This document shows positions 1 through 11,174 of a stretch of DNA of 64,000 nucleotides, in pieces. This DNA is from Macrostomum lignano (Eukaryota), in assembly GCA_002269645.1 (NCBI GenBank), contig NIVC01001358.1, positions 5,580-69,579 of the forward strand, in the 5' to 3' direction. How positions within the stretch are numbered: position 1 is the first letter of the stretch; the number at the start of each line of letters is the position of its first letter. The notes beneath the pieces were generated by a model. The model saw nothing but the letters and a program-made list of their open reading frames with translations, did no database searches and had not been told where the DNA came from. The position numbers and the translations under genes are program-made.

Positions 1-1225
1 ATACTTATATTGCATTTAGCCTAGGCATATCTACTCTAGTCTGCCTATCCTCTACCTATGTCTGTTCTCTCAATCATTATATTTTTACTTTTTCCCTCTC
101 TTAATTCCTTTATATCATGCTTCTCAATTATCTCCCATCTTTGCCCTCCCCAATTCCCTCCTATCCTGCCTATCCCCAATTCCCTCCTATCCTGCCCACC
201 CCCCCAATTCCCTCCTATCCTGCCCACCCCCCAATTCCCTCCTATCTTGCCCACCCCCCAATTCCCTCCTATCCTGCCCACCCCCCAATTCCTTCCTATC
301 CTGCCCATCCCCCAATTTCCGCCATCCTGCCCTTCAATCTTTTCACCCTTGGGTTTTAAGCTATAAACCCAAGGCAATTCAAAATCTAGAAATGGATTTC
401 AAATTGGAAAATTGAATTCAGCATTTCAAGCACCTTTCAAAAAGGCGAAACTATAGAGCTAGAAAATATGGAACTATTTAACTACCTTAAGTTCAATAAG
501 TTATAGTTGGATATTGCCAACTCTTTTCCAGGTGCCTCTATCTAGCTAATGCTAACAAAAATGTTGCAAGGTGTACTTTAATATTATATTTGTTCTAGTA
601 AGCAGTTTTTCTGTGTCTCCCATTCTACCCCACCTTTCCCTCCCGTTCTACCCTTCCATTCCTTCCCATTCTACCCCTCCATTCCCTCCCATTCTACCCC
701 CACCATTCCCTCCCATTCTACCCTTCCATTCCCTCACATTCTACCCCCTCCATTCCCTCCCATTCTACCCTTCCATTCCTTCCCATTCTACCCTCTATGC
801 CTTCCATATACCCTCAATACTCTCCCTATACCCTCCATACCCTTCTATACCCATTCTTACCCTCCATATACCCTCCATACCATCCCTATACCCTCCATAC
901 CATTCCTATACCCTCAATACCATCCCTATACCCTCCATACCATCCCTATACTCTCCTTATAACCTCTCCATACCCTCCATACCCTCCATACTTTTTCTAT
1001 ACCCACCCATGGACTCCCTGTACCCTCTATGCCCTCCCTATACTCTCCATACCCTCCTGCTTTTCCTATCCTTCCCGCGTTATACTTTTCCCTATCCAGC
1101 CTCTACTATTCCCTCTTTCCACCTCCAGCGCCTCCCCCTCTCTAGCCCCTACCCTCTCTTCCTTTACTTTCCAGCCCCCATCCTCTACTCCCCTCCAGCG
1201 CCCACCCTCTTCTCCCATCAGCCCC

Positions 1226-2135
1226 TACCCTCTCCTCCACTCCAGCGCCCTCCCTCTCCTCCACTCCAGCGCCCTCCCTCTCCTCCACTCCAGGGCCCTC
1301 TCTCTCCACTCCAGCGCCCTCCCTCTCCTCCACTCCAGCGCCCTCCCTCTCCTCCACTCCAGCGCCCTCCCTCTCCTCCACTCCAGCGCCCTCCCTCTCC
1401 TCCACTCCAGCGCCCTCCCTCTCCTCCACTCCAGCGCCCTCCCTCTCCTCCACTCCAGCGCCCTCCCTCTCCTCCACTCCAGCGCCCTCCCTCTCCTCCA
1501 CTCCAGGGCCCTCTCTCTCCTCCACTCCAGCGCCCTCCCTCTCCTCCACTCCAGCGCCCTCCCTCTCCTCCACTCCAGCGCCCTCCCTCTCCTCCACTCC
1601 AGCGCCCTCCCTCTCTTCCACTCCAGCGCCCTCCCTCTCCTCCACTCCAGCGCCCTCCCTCTCCTCCACTCCAGCGCCCTCCCTCTCCTCCACTCCAGCG
1701 CCCTCCCTCTCCTCCACTCCAGCGCCCTCCCTCTCCTCCACTCCAGCGCCCTCCCTCTCCTCCACTCCAGCGCCCTCCCTCTCCTCCACTCCAGCGCCCT
1801 CCCTCTCCTCCACTCCAGCGCCCTCCCTCTCCTCCACTCCAGCGCCCTCCCTCTCCTCCACTCCAGCGCCCTCCCTCTCCTCCACTCCAGCGCCCTCCCT
1901 CTCCTCCACTCCAGCGCCCTCCCTCTCCTCCACTCCAGCGCCCTCCCTCTCCTCCACTCCAGCGCCCTCCCTCTCCTCCACTCCAGCGCCCTCCCTCTCC
2001 TCCACTCCAGCGCCCTCCCTCTCCTCCACTCCAGCGCCCTCCCTCTCCTCCACTCCAGCGCCCTCCCTCTCCTCCACTCCAGCGCCCTCCCTCTCCTCCA
2101 CTCCAGCGCCCTCCCTCTCCTCCACTCCAGCGCCC
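1226..2135. repeat. 24-bp minisatellite (ccctccctctcctccactccagcg)n, about 38 copies, left arm
   Basis: Direct reading; it produces the spurious (PPSPPLQR)n and (EGAGVEER)n ORFs. Confidence 0.97.
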
Positions 2136-3235
2136 ACCCTCTACTCTCCTTGGTTATCCCTTCGTTACGCTCTTCCCTCCTCTCTGTTTTACTTACTGTG
2201 TCATGCATAACCCGTCTGCTACAGTGTTCTTAAATAGCCTTTTATACCCTCCTCTTTCCCTAGCCCCTCCTCCCCCGGCGGCTCCCCTTCTCGTAGCTCT
2301 GCTAATAAAATCGTAATTCTTCTTCTCTTCAGAATAATTTGCCCAGCTGCGAACTGTGATGGTGCATACCGGGTACTCGCAATTTAAAAAGCGTATGCTT
2401 CTTACTGATTTACTGATTTAATTCCGACGCAACCAAGCAAATCGTTTACTTTCAAGTCCGTGCATTTTCGTTCGGCGTTAATGCCGTGTGGCGTTGGTGT
2501 AATACTATCGCGAAATTCAATTTCCAATGTCATTATCTAACTATTGTCGCTTTTCTGTATTACAACTATATACAATACTTCTGCATTTATTGACGTAACA
2601 TTGTGCCAATAATGTCACATTGTGTGGCCTCAATATGAATCTGTTGCTGAATGCAACTTATAGCCCATTGACCAGTTTAATCGCTTGAAATACATTGTAA
2701 TGTAATACTGTATCGCTTTTGGCAATCGAAACGAGACTTTAGCCAGACTCCTCACTGATCCAAATGCTCCTCAAGCAAAGGTACGAGTATATGGAAAGCA
2801 GACTGAGCTCCGCAGACTTAGTATATTTGATCTTCGGATCGCGGATAGAACCAAGGAAATCTTGGTACGTAAATAAAATTGGAGTCACTTTTCCTACTTC
2901 CACTTTCCCTGCTCTTTCCCTGACCACAGTCTGTGCCCCAGGCTCAAGTTAGACCAACGCAAAATACTAACCTGAATAGGAAGCAAGCAACTCACTTCCC
3001 ACTCTAGTCTTTTTCTGCCACTGTTGTCTTGCAATACTCGCAAAGATCTCGTATGGCGTCCTATTTGAATTGGCGCGTCTCGTTAACGTAGTCGAAAGCA
3101 ATACTGGTGCCAATTATTTGTGTCGATCAAGTTTCCTAGAGAATGATTTGTTGATAACTGTATATTCGCTGTCTTAGAGCTGCACGCTGTGTTTAACCAT
3201 TACTTTGTCGTAGAGGAGCTGATGAAGGGAGGCGT

Positions 3236-3760
3236 TGGGGCGGACCTTTTGGAGGGGCGGAGCTGATGGGGGGCGGTAGCGGCGGAGCTTTTGGAGGGGC
3301 GGAGCTGATGGGGGCGGTAGCGGCGGAGCTTTTGGAGGGGCGGAGCTGATGGGGGCGGTAGGAGCGGAGCTGATGGGGGGCGGTAGCGGCGGAGCTTTTG
3401 GAGGGGCGGAGCTGATGGGGGCGGTAGGAGCGGAGCTGATGGGGGCGGTAGGGGCGGAGCTGATGGGGCGGTAGCGGCGGAGCTTTTGGAGGGGCGGAGC
3501 TGATGGGGGCGGTAGGAGCGGAGCTGATGGGGGCGGTAGGGGCGGAGCTGATGGGGGGCGGTAGGGCGGAGCTGATGGGGGCGGTAGCGGCGGAGCTTTT
3601 GGAGGGGCGGAGCTGATGGGGGCGGTAGGAGCGGAGCTGATGGGGGCGGTAGGGGCGGAGCTGATGGGGGCGGTAGGGGCGGAGCTGATGGGGGCGGTAG
3701 CGGCGGAGCTTTTGGAGGGCGGAGCTGATGGAGGGGGGTCGAAGGGGCGGAGTTGATGGA
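3236..3760. repeat. G-rich inner minisatellite (ggggcggagctgatgggggcggta-type), left arm; shorter mirror at about 7390-7580
   Basis: Direct reading. Confidence 0.92.
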
Positions 3761-4434
3761 GGATGGTTTTTCTATTTATTCGACCGATTGAAGTATACAC
3801 AACGTATATCGTCATTCAGTCAAGTTTTGAACCCAGTCATACAAAATACTCGTATCTTGTCAGTCAAGTTGAGAATCCCCACTGACAAAGCAACATTGAA
3901 AAAAGCCGCCACTCTATGCGCCAGTGAGCTAGCTTCTAGCTTGGACTATTCTGAAATAAAAGATACGAGAAAACTGAGGCGTAGCTTTAATCCGTCCAAC
4001 TCTCGCACACCGCGATCCCCTTCCCCCACTTCATTCCTCAACCCAGGTCGTCTTGTGGCGTATAGCTATAAGTTGCGTCACTCGCAAGATTGAGAGACAG
4101 TGCAGAGACAGTCGAAGCTTATAGGGACGGAGCTTATGGAGGGGGAGGCCGGTAGAGGTGGACTTGTGGGAGGGAGGACTTCTCACTCACAATTCAACCC
4201 TCGAGTTTCGCAAATAAGTCGCCGCGAGTGAATCAATAATAACGTCAGTCGAGCAAAATCAACACAATTATTTTTTTGCAATATGCAGTTAGAATCACAA
4301 ATGCTTAAGAACGATCCCTCGCACGCTGAAGTGCGGCGACTCTGCGGGGCATCCCCAAGATGAGGCGGCGCAGAAAGTCCTGGGGAAGCTGCTGCCAAGC
4401 GTTTTCAATGGCATGACGCAGCTCCGCAACATTC

Positions 4435-5860
4435 TGATGGGTTCGGCCTTTTTAAGCCTGTAGCTCTGGGCCTCAGAACTCAGAAATGAATCACTTAGAA
4501 CTCTGGCTTCTCACTCCTGTCAGATGGTCAGCCCCGTGGTAGCTGGATTGTGTGGCGAGCAGCAAGGTCCTATAGCTAAGGGAAGACAGCGAGTCGAGAG
4601 ACAAGCAGGGAGAATTTGAAAGGTAGAGATTAGCTAACCGCGGATTAACTAACCCGCTGCCACCAGTCCGTGCGCCCCGGCTCACCAAACCATGCAGCTA
4701 CCTGTATTCCCTGCACACCGGAGGCGCCGTGGAAACAAGGCGGCCCAATCAGCTACTCAGCCCAATTTAAAAGCTGTGTTTGCAGCTCCCGTGAGATAGC
4801 AGCTGCATTATAGAGAAAATGATGCTCAATGAGCTTTTTCATGCTCAATTTCAGTATCATGATGAGGACGCACTTTTTCCCAAATCCCGCGCTAGCACAT
4901 GGGCTCGAAACTTACTAGCCTACTAACAGTGGGCAAGGGGCATTTTTATCTTTTTTCTGCAAATTGTCATAGAATCTATACTAGATATAATGTCTGGCCA
5001 TACTAGTAATAATACTGCCAGCAGTAGTCTAAGACTCCAATTCAATCTAAAGTGTGAAGTGAATTAAGGAGAAGGTTAAATCTAACAGTTATCTTTGTCG
5101 GCTTTATTTCTTTGTTCGCCGATGGCTCAGATGAGTAGCTAAGCTAGTAGGCGCCGGTCACAGTGGACCAATGGCAAGGCAGTTCTCAGTCGACCAATCT
5201 AACAAATCAGTGAGCAAAACTGCCAAAAGTGCAGAATCGGCGCCAGAGATGTACTTTGTGCACTCTAGGGTAGCCAAGCGGCTCGGGTAAATGAATCATG
5301 CGGTCTCTGAGGTTCGAGTTAGCCTATCATCAGCGCTATGAGAGGCTAGTTGGCGCGTTGAAGGCTAAAAGTACATATCTTCGTATTTAGCAATGTAATA
5401 GTACATGTAGCTACCCCATAGACTCGCCACCGCAAGAATCCCCTGCACAAGTCCCCTCTGTACCTGCATGGCCAACGCGATCTAGTCCCAGCAGTGTCCC
5501 TTATCATCGGCTATGACTTCGAGATTGACAGCAAAAAGACACTAGTTGGCAGGTAAGTGCAAAGCCCCTTCTAGTCGGAAGCCCGATTTCGAGAGTCCCG
5601 GTGTGGTGAGCCAGGGCGCACGGGCTGGTGGCAGCAAGTTAGTTGATCTGCGGATTAGCTAATTTCTACTTTCAAAATTCTCCCTGCTCGTCTCTCGCTG
5701 TCCCTCTCTTAGCTATAGGACCTAGACTGCTCGCCACACGATCAAGCTACCATGGGGCTGACCATCTGACAGGAGTGGGGGGCCAGGTCTCTAATTGATT
5801 TATTTCTGAGCCTGAGGCCCGAAGGCTTCCCTAACAAGGAGCCCGAAGGTCGAAACCCAT
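4435..5860. mobile_element. Putative old non-autonomous element bounded by diverged inverted repeats of about 250 bp (about 4435-4690 / 5600-5860)
   Basis: 4510-4540 cactcctgtcagatggtcagccccgtggtagc matches the reverse complement of about 5745-5778. ctatagctaag, gggagaattt and gctgccaccagtccgtgcgccc also have inverted counterparts. Many mismatches; no TSD found. Confidence 0.6.
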
Positions 5861-6403
5861 CAATCAGTTTAGTTTCAATTTAAAACACTTGCCTCGTTTT
5901 GAGGCCTGTTAACCAGTTCCAAGGTCTACTACTTATCTCAATGTAAATGCAAATTCTCAGGCTTTATTTTTAGTGTGTAATTTTAGCCATATTTAGACGG
6001 CCTCTCCGACATGGTACATGTAATTGGATTGAGCCTTGAAAGTACTCAGCAACATTATACATAAAGTGGCGCACAATGAATTAAGACCACCTAACACAAA
6101 TTCGAACTTTTATAGTTTCATAACCTTCACAGATTGCGGAAGCATTTAATCTAATCAGTTATAGATAACCGTGGTATCAATCAGTAAAATTATAGTTATG
6201 TGTTGTGTAATTACTCACAATTGAGTCTGTTTAATTGAAGTCCTTATCTCACAATCGAATATGATAAGTCACACAGTAATAAGACCACTTAATTAATTGG
6301 GCTAAAAGGTAGGTGCTACAACAGTGGGGCCCCTGCTGATTCCAAAGTCCAAAACATCAAGTTCAATACAACTCCAAGCAAAAATGATCTCGAACTCTCC
6401 TAG

Positions 6404-7150
6404 AATGGGAAAGGCAAAGCTCTATCGCCTGAATCGTGTAGGAAAATCAGGGCCCTGTTCGACCAAGGAGTTTCCCAGCGTGCCAAAGTCACGTACGCAG
6501 AAAACGTGCGTCCAGCAAGCACTCAGGCGCCACAGCAGCACTGGCAAAACAGACTGTGGCTCAAGACCTGGCAGGGCACCGAAAACTGACCACCGACTGG
6601 ATCGACGAATTGTGCGAATGCCCGAGTCCAACCGTCGGCTAACCGCTGTGGACATCAGCCGTAAACTTTTGGTGTCCAGCTGCACCCCATGACTGTCCGC
6701 CGCCGTCTGGTAGCTGCCGGACTGCATGGCCGCATTGCTAGGAAGAAGCCATTCATCTCCGACAAAAACCGGAAGCGGCGCTTGAACTGGGCGAAGCAAC
6801 ATGCAAGCTCTACACCCCAGGACTGGGGCCAAGGTCATCTGGAGTGATGAGAGCAAATTTTCCCGCACTGGTTCTGATGGTCGCCGGTATGTGCGCCACC
6901 GAGCTGGTGAGGAATTCGATTCCAGGTGCCCCGTTGGTTCCATGAAGCATGTAGATGGCAATGTCATGGTGTGGGCTGCATTCTCCAGAGCTGGACCTGG
7001 GCCAATAACTCGCATTGAGGGCATCATGGACAGAGGCTGTAGATGCGCTGCCAGTTTCAGCAGGACAACGATCCGAAGCTTGCTGAGAACAACATCCGCA
7101 CCATGGACTGGCAATCCAATTGAGAATCTGTGCAACTGGGTCGAGCTGGA
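6404..7150 (+). pseudogene. Decayed Tc1/mariner (Tc1-like DD34E-type) transposase
   Basis: Across frameshifts: MGKAK.., GRAPKTDHRLDRRIVR..RRLTAVDI, TVRRRLVAAGLHGRIARKKPFIS..RRLNWAKQH, VIWSDESKF, VMVWAAFS, FQQDNDPK (cagtttcagcaggacaacgatccgaag) and NPIENL. The SPDL motif is deleted; no TIRs identified. Confidence 0.92.
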
Positions 7151-7338
7151 CTGGGTTCATAACTTCACCGAATGACGATAGCTGCATGTGGATCTAATAT
7201 CCCCACGATTACTAACCAAAGAAATAAAATGTCTAGCTTTTGATGAGATTGTGAGACTACATGTACATTACAGTATACACATGTATAAACTATACTAGAC
7301 AAACAACTACACTACCAGCGTAGCTCGAATACACGTAC

Positions 7339-10300
7339 ACGTTGTGTATACTTCAATCGGTCGAATAAATAGAAAAACCATCCTCCATCAACTCCGCCCC
7401 TTCGATCCACCTCCATCAGCTCCGCCCCTACCGCCCCCCATCAGCTCCGCTCCTAACGCCCCCATCAGCTCCGCCCCTCCAAAAGCTCCGCCGCTACCGC
7501 CCCCATCAGCTCCGCCCCTCCAAAAGCTCCGCCGCTACCGCCCCCCATCAGCTCCGCCCCTCCAAAAGGTCCGCCCCAACGCCTCCCTTCATCAGCTCCT
7601 CTACGACAAAGTAATGGTTAAACACAGCGTGCAGCTCTAAGACAGCGAATATACAGTTATCAACAAATCATTCTCTAGGAAACTTGATCGACACAAATAA
7701 TTGGCACCAGTATTGCTTTCGACTACGTTAACGAGACGCGCCAATTCAAATAGGACGCCATACGAGATCTTTGCGAGTATTGCAAGACAACAGTGGCAGA
7801 AAAAGACTAGAGTGGGAAGTGAGTTGCTTGCTTCCTATTCAGGTTAGTATTTTGCGTTGGTCTAACTTGAGCCTGGGGCACAGACTGTGGTCAGGGAAAG
7901 AGCAGGGAAAGTGGAAGTAGGAAAAGTGACTCCAATTTTATTTACGTACCAAGATTTCCTTGGTTCTATCCGCGATCCGAAGATCAAATATACTAAGTCT
8001 GCGGAGCTCAGTCTGCTTTCCATATACTCGTACCTTTGCTTGAGGAGCATTTGGATCAGTGAGGAGTCTGGCTAAAGTCTCGTTTCGATTGCCAAAAGCG
8101 ATACAGTATTACATTACAATGTATTTCAAGCGATTAAACTGGTCAATGGGCTATAAGTTGCATTCAGCAACAGATTCATATTGAGGCCACACAATGTGAC
8201 ATTATTGGCACAATGTTACGTCAATAAATGCAGAAGTATTGTATATAGTTGTAATACAGAAAAGCGACAATAGTTAGATAATGACATTGGAAATTGAATT
8301 TCGCGATAGTATTACACCAACGCCACACGGCATTAACGCCGAACGAAAATGCACGGACTTGAAAGTAAACGATTTGCTTGGTTGCGTCGGAATTAAATCA
8401 GTAAATCAGTAAGAAGCATACGCTTTTTAAATTGCGAGTACCCGGTATGCACCATCACAGTTCGCAGCTGGGCAAATTATTCTGAAGAGAAGAAGAATTA
8501 CGATTTTATTAGCAGAGCTACGAGAAGGGGAGCCGCCGGGGGAGGAGGGGCTAGGGAAAGAGGAGGGTATAAAAGGCTATTTAAGAACACTGTAGCAGAC
8601 GGGTTATGCATGACACAGTAAGTAAAACAGAGAGGAGGGAAGAGCGTAACGAAGGGATAACCAAGGAGAGTAGAGGGTGGGCGCTGGAGTGGAGGAGAGG
8701 GAGGGCGCTGGAGTGGAGGAGAGGGAGGGCGCTGGAGTGGAGGAGAGGGAGGGCGCTGGAGTGGAGGAGAGGGAGGGCGCTGGAGTGGAGGAGAGGGAGG
8801 GCGCTGGAGTGGAGGAGAGGGAGGGCGCTGGAGTGGAGGAGAGGGAGGGCGCTGGAGTGGAGGAGAGGGAGGGCGCTGGAGTGGAGGAGAGGGAGGGCGC
8901 TGGAGTGGAGGAGAGGGAGGGCGCTGGAGTGGAGGAGAGGGAGGGCGCTGGAGTGGAGGAGAGGGAGGGCGCTGGAGTGGAGGAGAGGGAGGGCGCTGGA
9001 GTGGAGGAGAGGGAGGGCGCTGGAGTGGAGGAGAGGGAGGGCGCTGGAGTGGAGGAGAGGGAGGGCGCTGGAGTGGAGGAGAGGGAGGGCGCTGGAGTGG
9101 AGGAGAGGGAGGGCGCTGGAGTGGAGGAGAGGGAGGGCGCTGGAGTGGAGGAGAGGGAGGGCGCTGGAGTGGAGGAGAGGGAGGGCGCTGGAGTGGAAGA
9201 GAGGGAGGGCGCTGGAGTGGAGGAGAGGGAGGGCGCTGGAGTGGAGGAGAGGGAGGGCGCTGGAGTGGAGGAGAGGGAGGGCGCTGGAGTGGAGGAGAGA
9301 GAGGGCCCTGGAGTGGAGGAGAGGGAGGGCGCTGGAGTGGAGGAGAGGGAGGGCGCTGGAGTGGAGGAGAGGGAGGGCGCTGGAGTGGAGGAGAGGGAGG
9401 GCGCTGGAGTGGAGGAGAGGGAGGGCGCTGGAGTGGAGGAGAGGGAGGGCGCTGGAGTGGAGGAGAGGGAGGGCGCTGGAGTGGAGGAGAGGGAGGGCGC
9501 TGGAGTGGAGAGAGAGGGCCCTGGAGTGGAGGAGAGGGAGGGCGCTGGAGTGGAGGAGAGGGAGGGCGCTGGAGTGGAGGAGAGGGTAGGGGCTGATGGG
9601 AGAAGAGGGTGGGCGCTGGAGGGGAGTAGAGGATGGGGGCTGGAAAGTAAAGGAAGAGAGGGTAGGGGCTAGAGAGGGGGAGGCGCTGGAGGTGGAAAGA
9701 GGGAATAGTAGAGGCTGGATAGGGAAAAGTATAACGCGGGAAGGATAGGAAAAGCAGGAGGGTATGGAGAGTATAGGGAGGGCATAGAGGGTACAGGGAG
9801 TCCATGGGTGGGTATAGAAAAAGTATGGAGGGTATGGAGGGTATGGAGAGGTTATAAGGAGAGTATAGGGATGGTATGGAGGGTATAGGGATGGTATTGA
9901 GGGTATAGGAATGGTATGGAGGGTATAGGGATGGTATGGAGGGTATATGGAGGGTAAGAATGGGTATAGAAGGGTATGGAGGGTATAGGGAGAGTATTGA
10001 GGGTATATGGAAGGCATAGAGGGTAGAATGGGAAGGAATGGAAGGGTAGAATGGGAGGGAATGGAGGGGGTAGAATGTGAGGGAATGGAAGGGTAGAATG
10101 GGAGGGAATGGTGGGGGTAGAATGGGAGGGAATGGAGGGGTAGAATGGGAAGGAATGGAAGGGTAGAACGGGAGGGAAAGGTGGGGTAGAATGGGAGACA
10201 CAGAAAAACTGCTTACTAGAACAAATATAATATTAAAGTACACCTTGCAACATTTTTGTTAGCATTAGCTAGATAGAGGCACCTGGAAAAGAGTTGGCAA

Positions 10301-10813
10301 TATCCAACTATAACTTATTGAACTTAAGGTAGTTAAATAGTTCCATATTTTCTAGCTCTATAGTTTCGCCTTTTTGAAAGGTGCTTGAAATGCTGAATTC
10401 AATTTTCCAATTTGAAATCCATTTCTAGATTTTGAATTGCCTTGGGTTTATAGCTTAAAACCCAAGGGTGAAAAGATTGAAGGGCAGGATGGCGGAAATT
10501 GGGGGATGGGCAGGATAGGAAGGAATTGGGGGGTGGGCAGGATAGGAGGGAATTGGGGGGTGGGCAAGATAGGAGGGAATTGGGGGTGGGCAGGATAGGA
10601 GGGAATTGGGGGGGTGGGCAGGATAGGAGGGAATTGGGGGATAGGCAGGATAGGAGGGAATTGGGGAGGGCAAAGATGGGAGATAATTGAGAAGCATGAT
10701 ATAAAGGAATTAAGAGAGGGAAAAAGTAAAAATATAATGATTGAGAGAACAGACATAGGTAGAGGATAGGCAGACTAGAGTAGATATGCCTAGGCTAAAT
10801 GCAATATAAGTAT
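7339..10813. repeat. Right arm of giant inverted repeat
   Basis: Begins acgttgtgtatacttcaatcggtcg (reverse complement of 3781-3805). Mirrors the left arm, with about 330 bp fewer inner-array repeats. Confidence 0.97.
8679..9589. repeat. 24-bp minisatellite, mirror copy in right arm
   Basis: (cgctggagtggaggagagggaggg)n with variant units at mirrored positions. Confidence 0.97.
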
Positions 10814-10964
10814 ATAACTAGCAATCTTCGCCCCCGTTGGGGGACATCTGGATAGAATCTCTGTTCTCTACAAGTAACAAAAAGATAGCCAAAAAAGCCT
10901 TCACAAAGACGACAGACAAACTGCTCAAATAAAGTGTAATGCAAAAAGAAATCATCCCAAGACA

Positions 10965-11065
10965 GCAAGCATCCCCAAATAGCAAGCATCCCCCAGATTG
11001 CAAGCATCCCCCAGATAGCAAGCATCCCCCAGATAGCAAGCATCCCCAAATAGTAAGCATCCACC
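10965..11065. repeat. Short 18-bp tandem repeat (agcaagcatcccccagat)n
   Basis: About 5-6 copies read directly. Confidence 0.85.
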
Positions 11066-11174
11066 ATACAATAAGTACCCGGTAGCTAGTGCTACAATTT
11101 CCTTAGCTCTATAGTGGCTCCTTTAACATTGGCATGACGCTTACTTTTACGTTTGAAATTGTGTAAATTTTATG

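Larger units (their letters stand above)
1..3805. repeat. Left arm of giant inverted repeat (may begin before the window)
   Basis: Position n pairs with 10814-n from 1 to about 3235 (1-13 atacttatattgc = reverse complement of 10801-10813; the ORF pair 571-2316/8498-10243 translates identically). The match ends at ...aagtatacacaacgt (3805). Confidence 0.97.

Noticed and set aside
571-2316. 581-aa extensin-like (PPSPPLQR)n ORF and its mirror at 8498-10243
   Set aside because: Stop-free 24-bp minisatellite open in several frames on both strands; starts at GTG; no other coding evidence.
2333-3235. Possible micro-exons in the foldback arm (IICPAANCD.., RLLTDPNAPQAKVRVYG.., ELHAVFNHYFVVEELMKGG)
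   Set aside because: Splice phases could not be joined consistently and no family was recognised; the kinase-like ELMKGG is too short to trust.
5810-5870. Hammerhead-ribozyme-like text (..cccgaaggtcgaaacccatc) in the nested inverted repeat, suggesting a Penelope pLTR
   Set aside because: The CUGANGA core is absent (ctaacaa), stems do not close, and no Penelope RT or GIY-YIG ORF is nearby.
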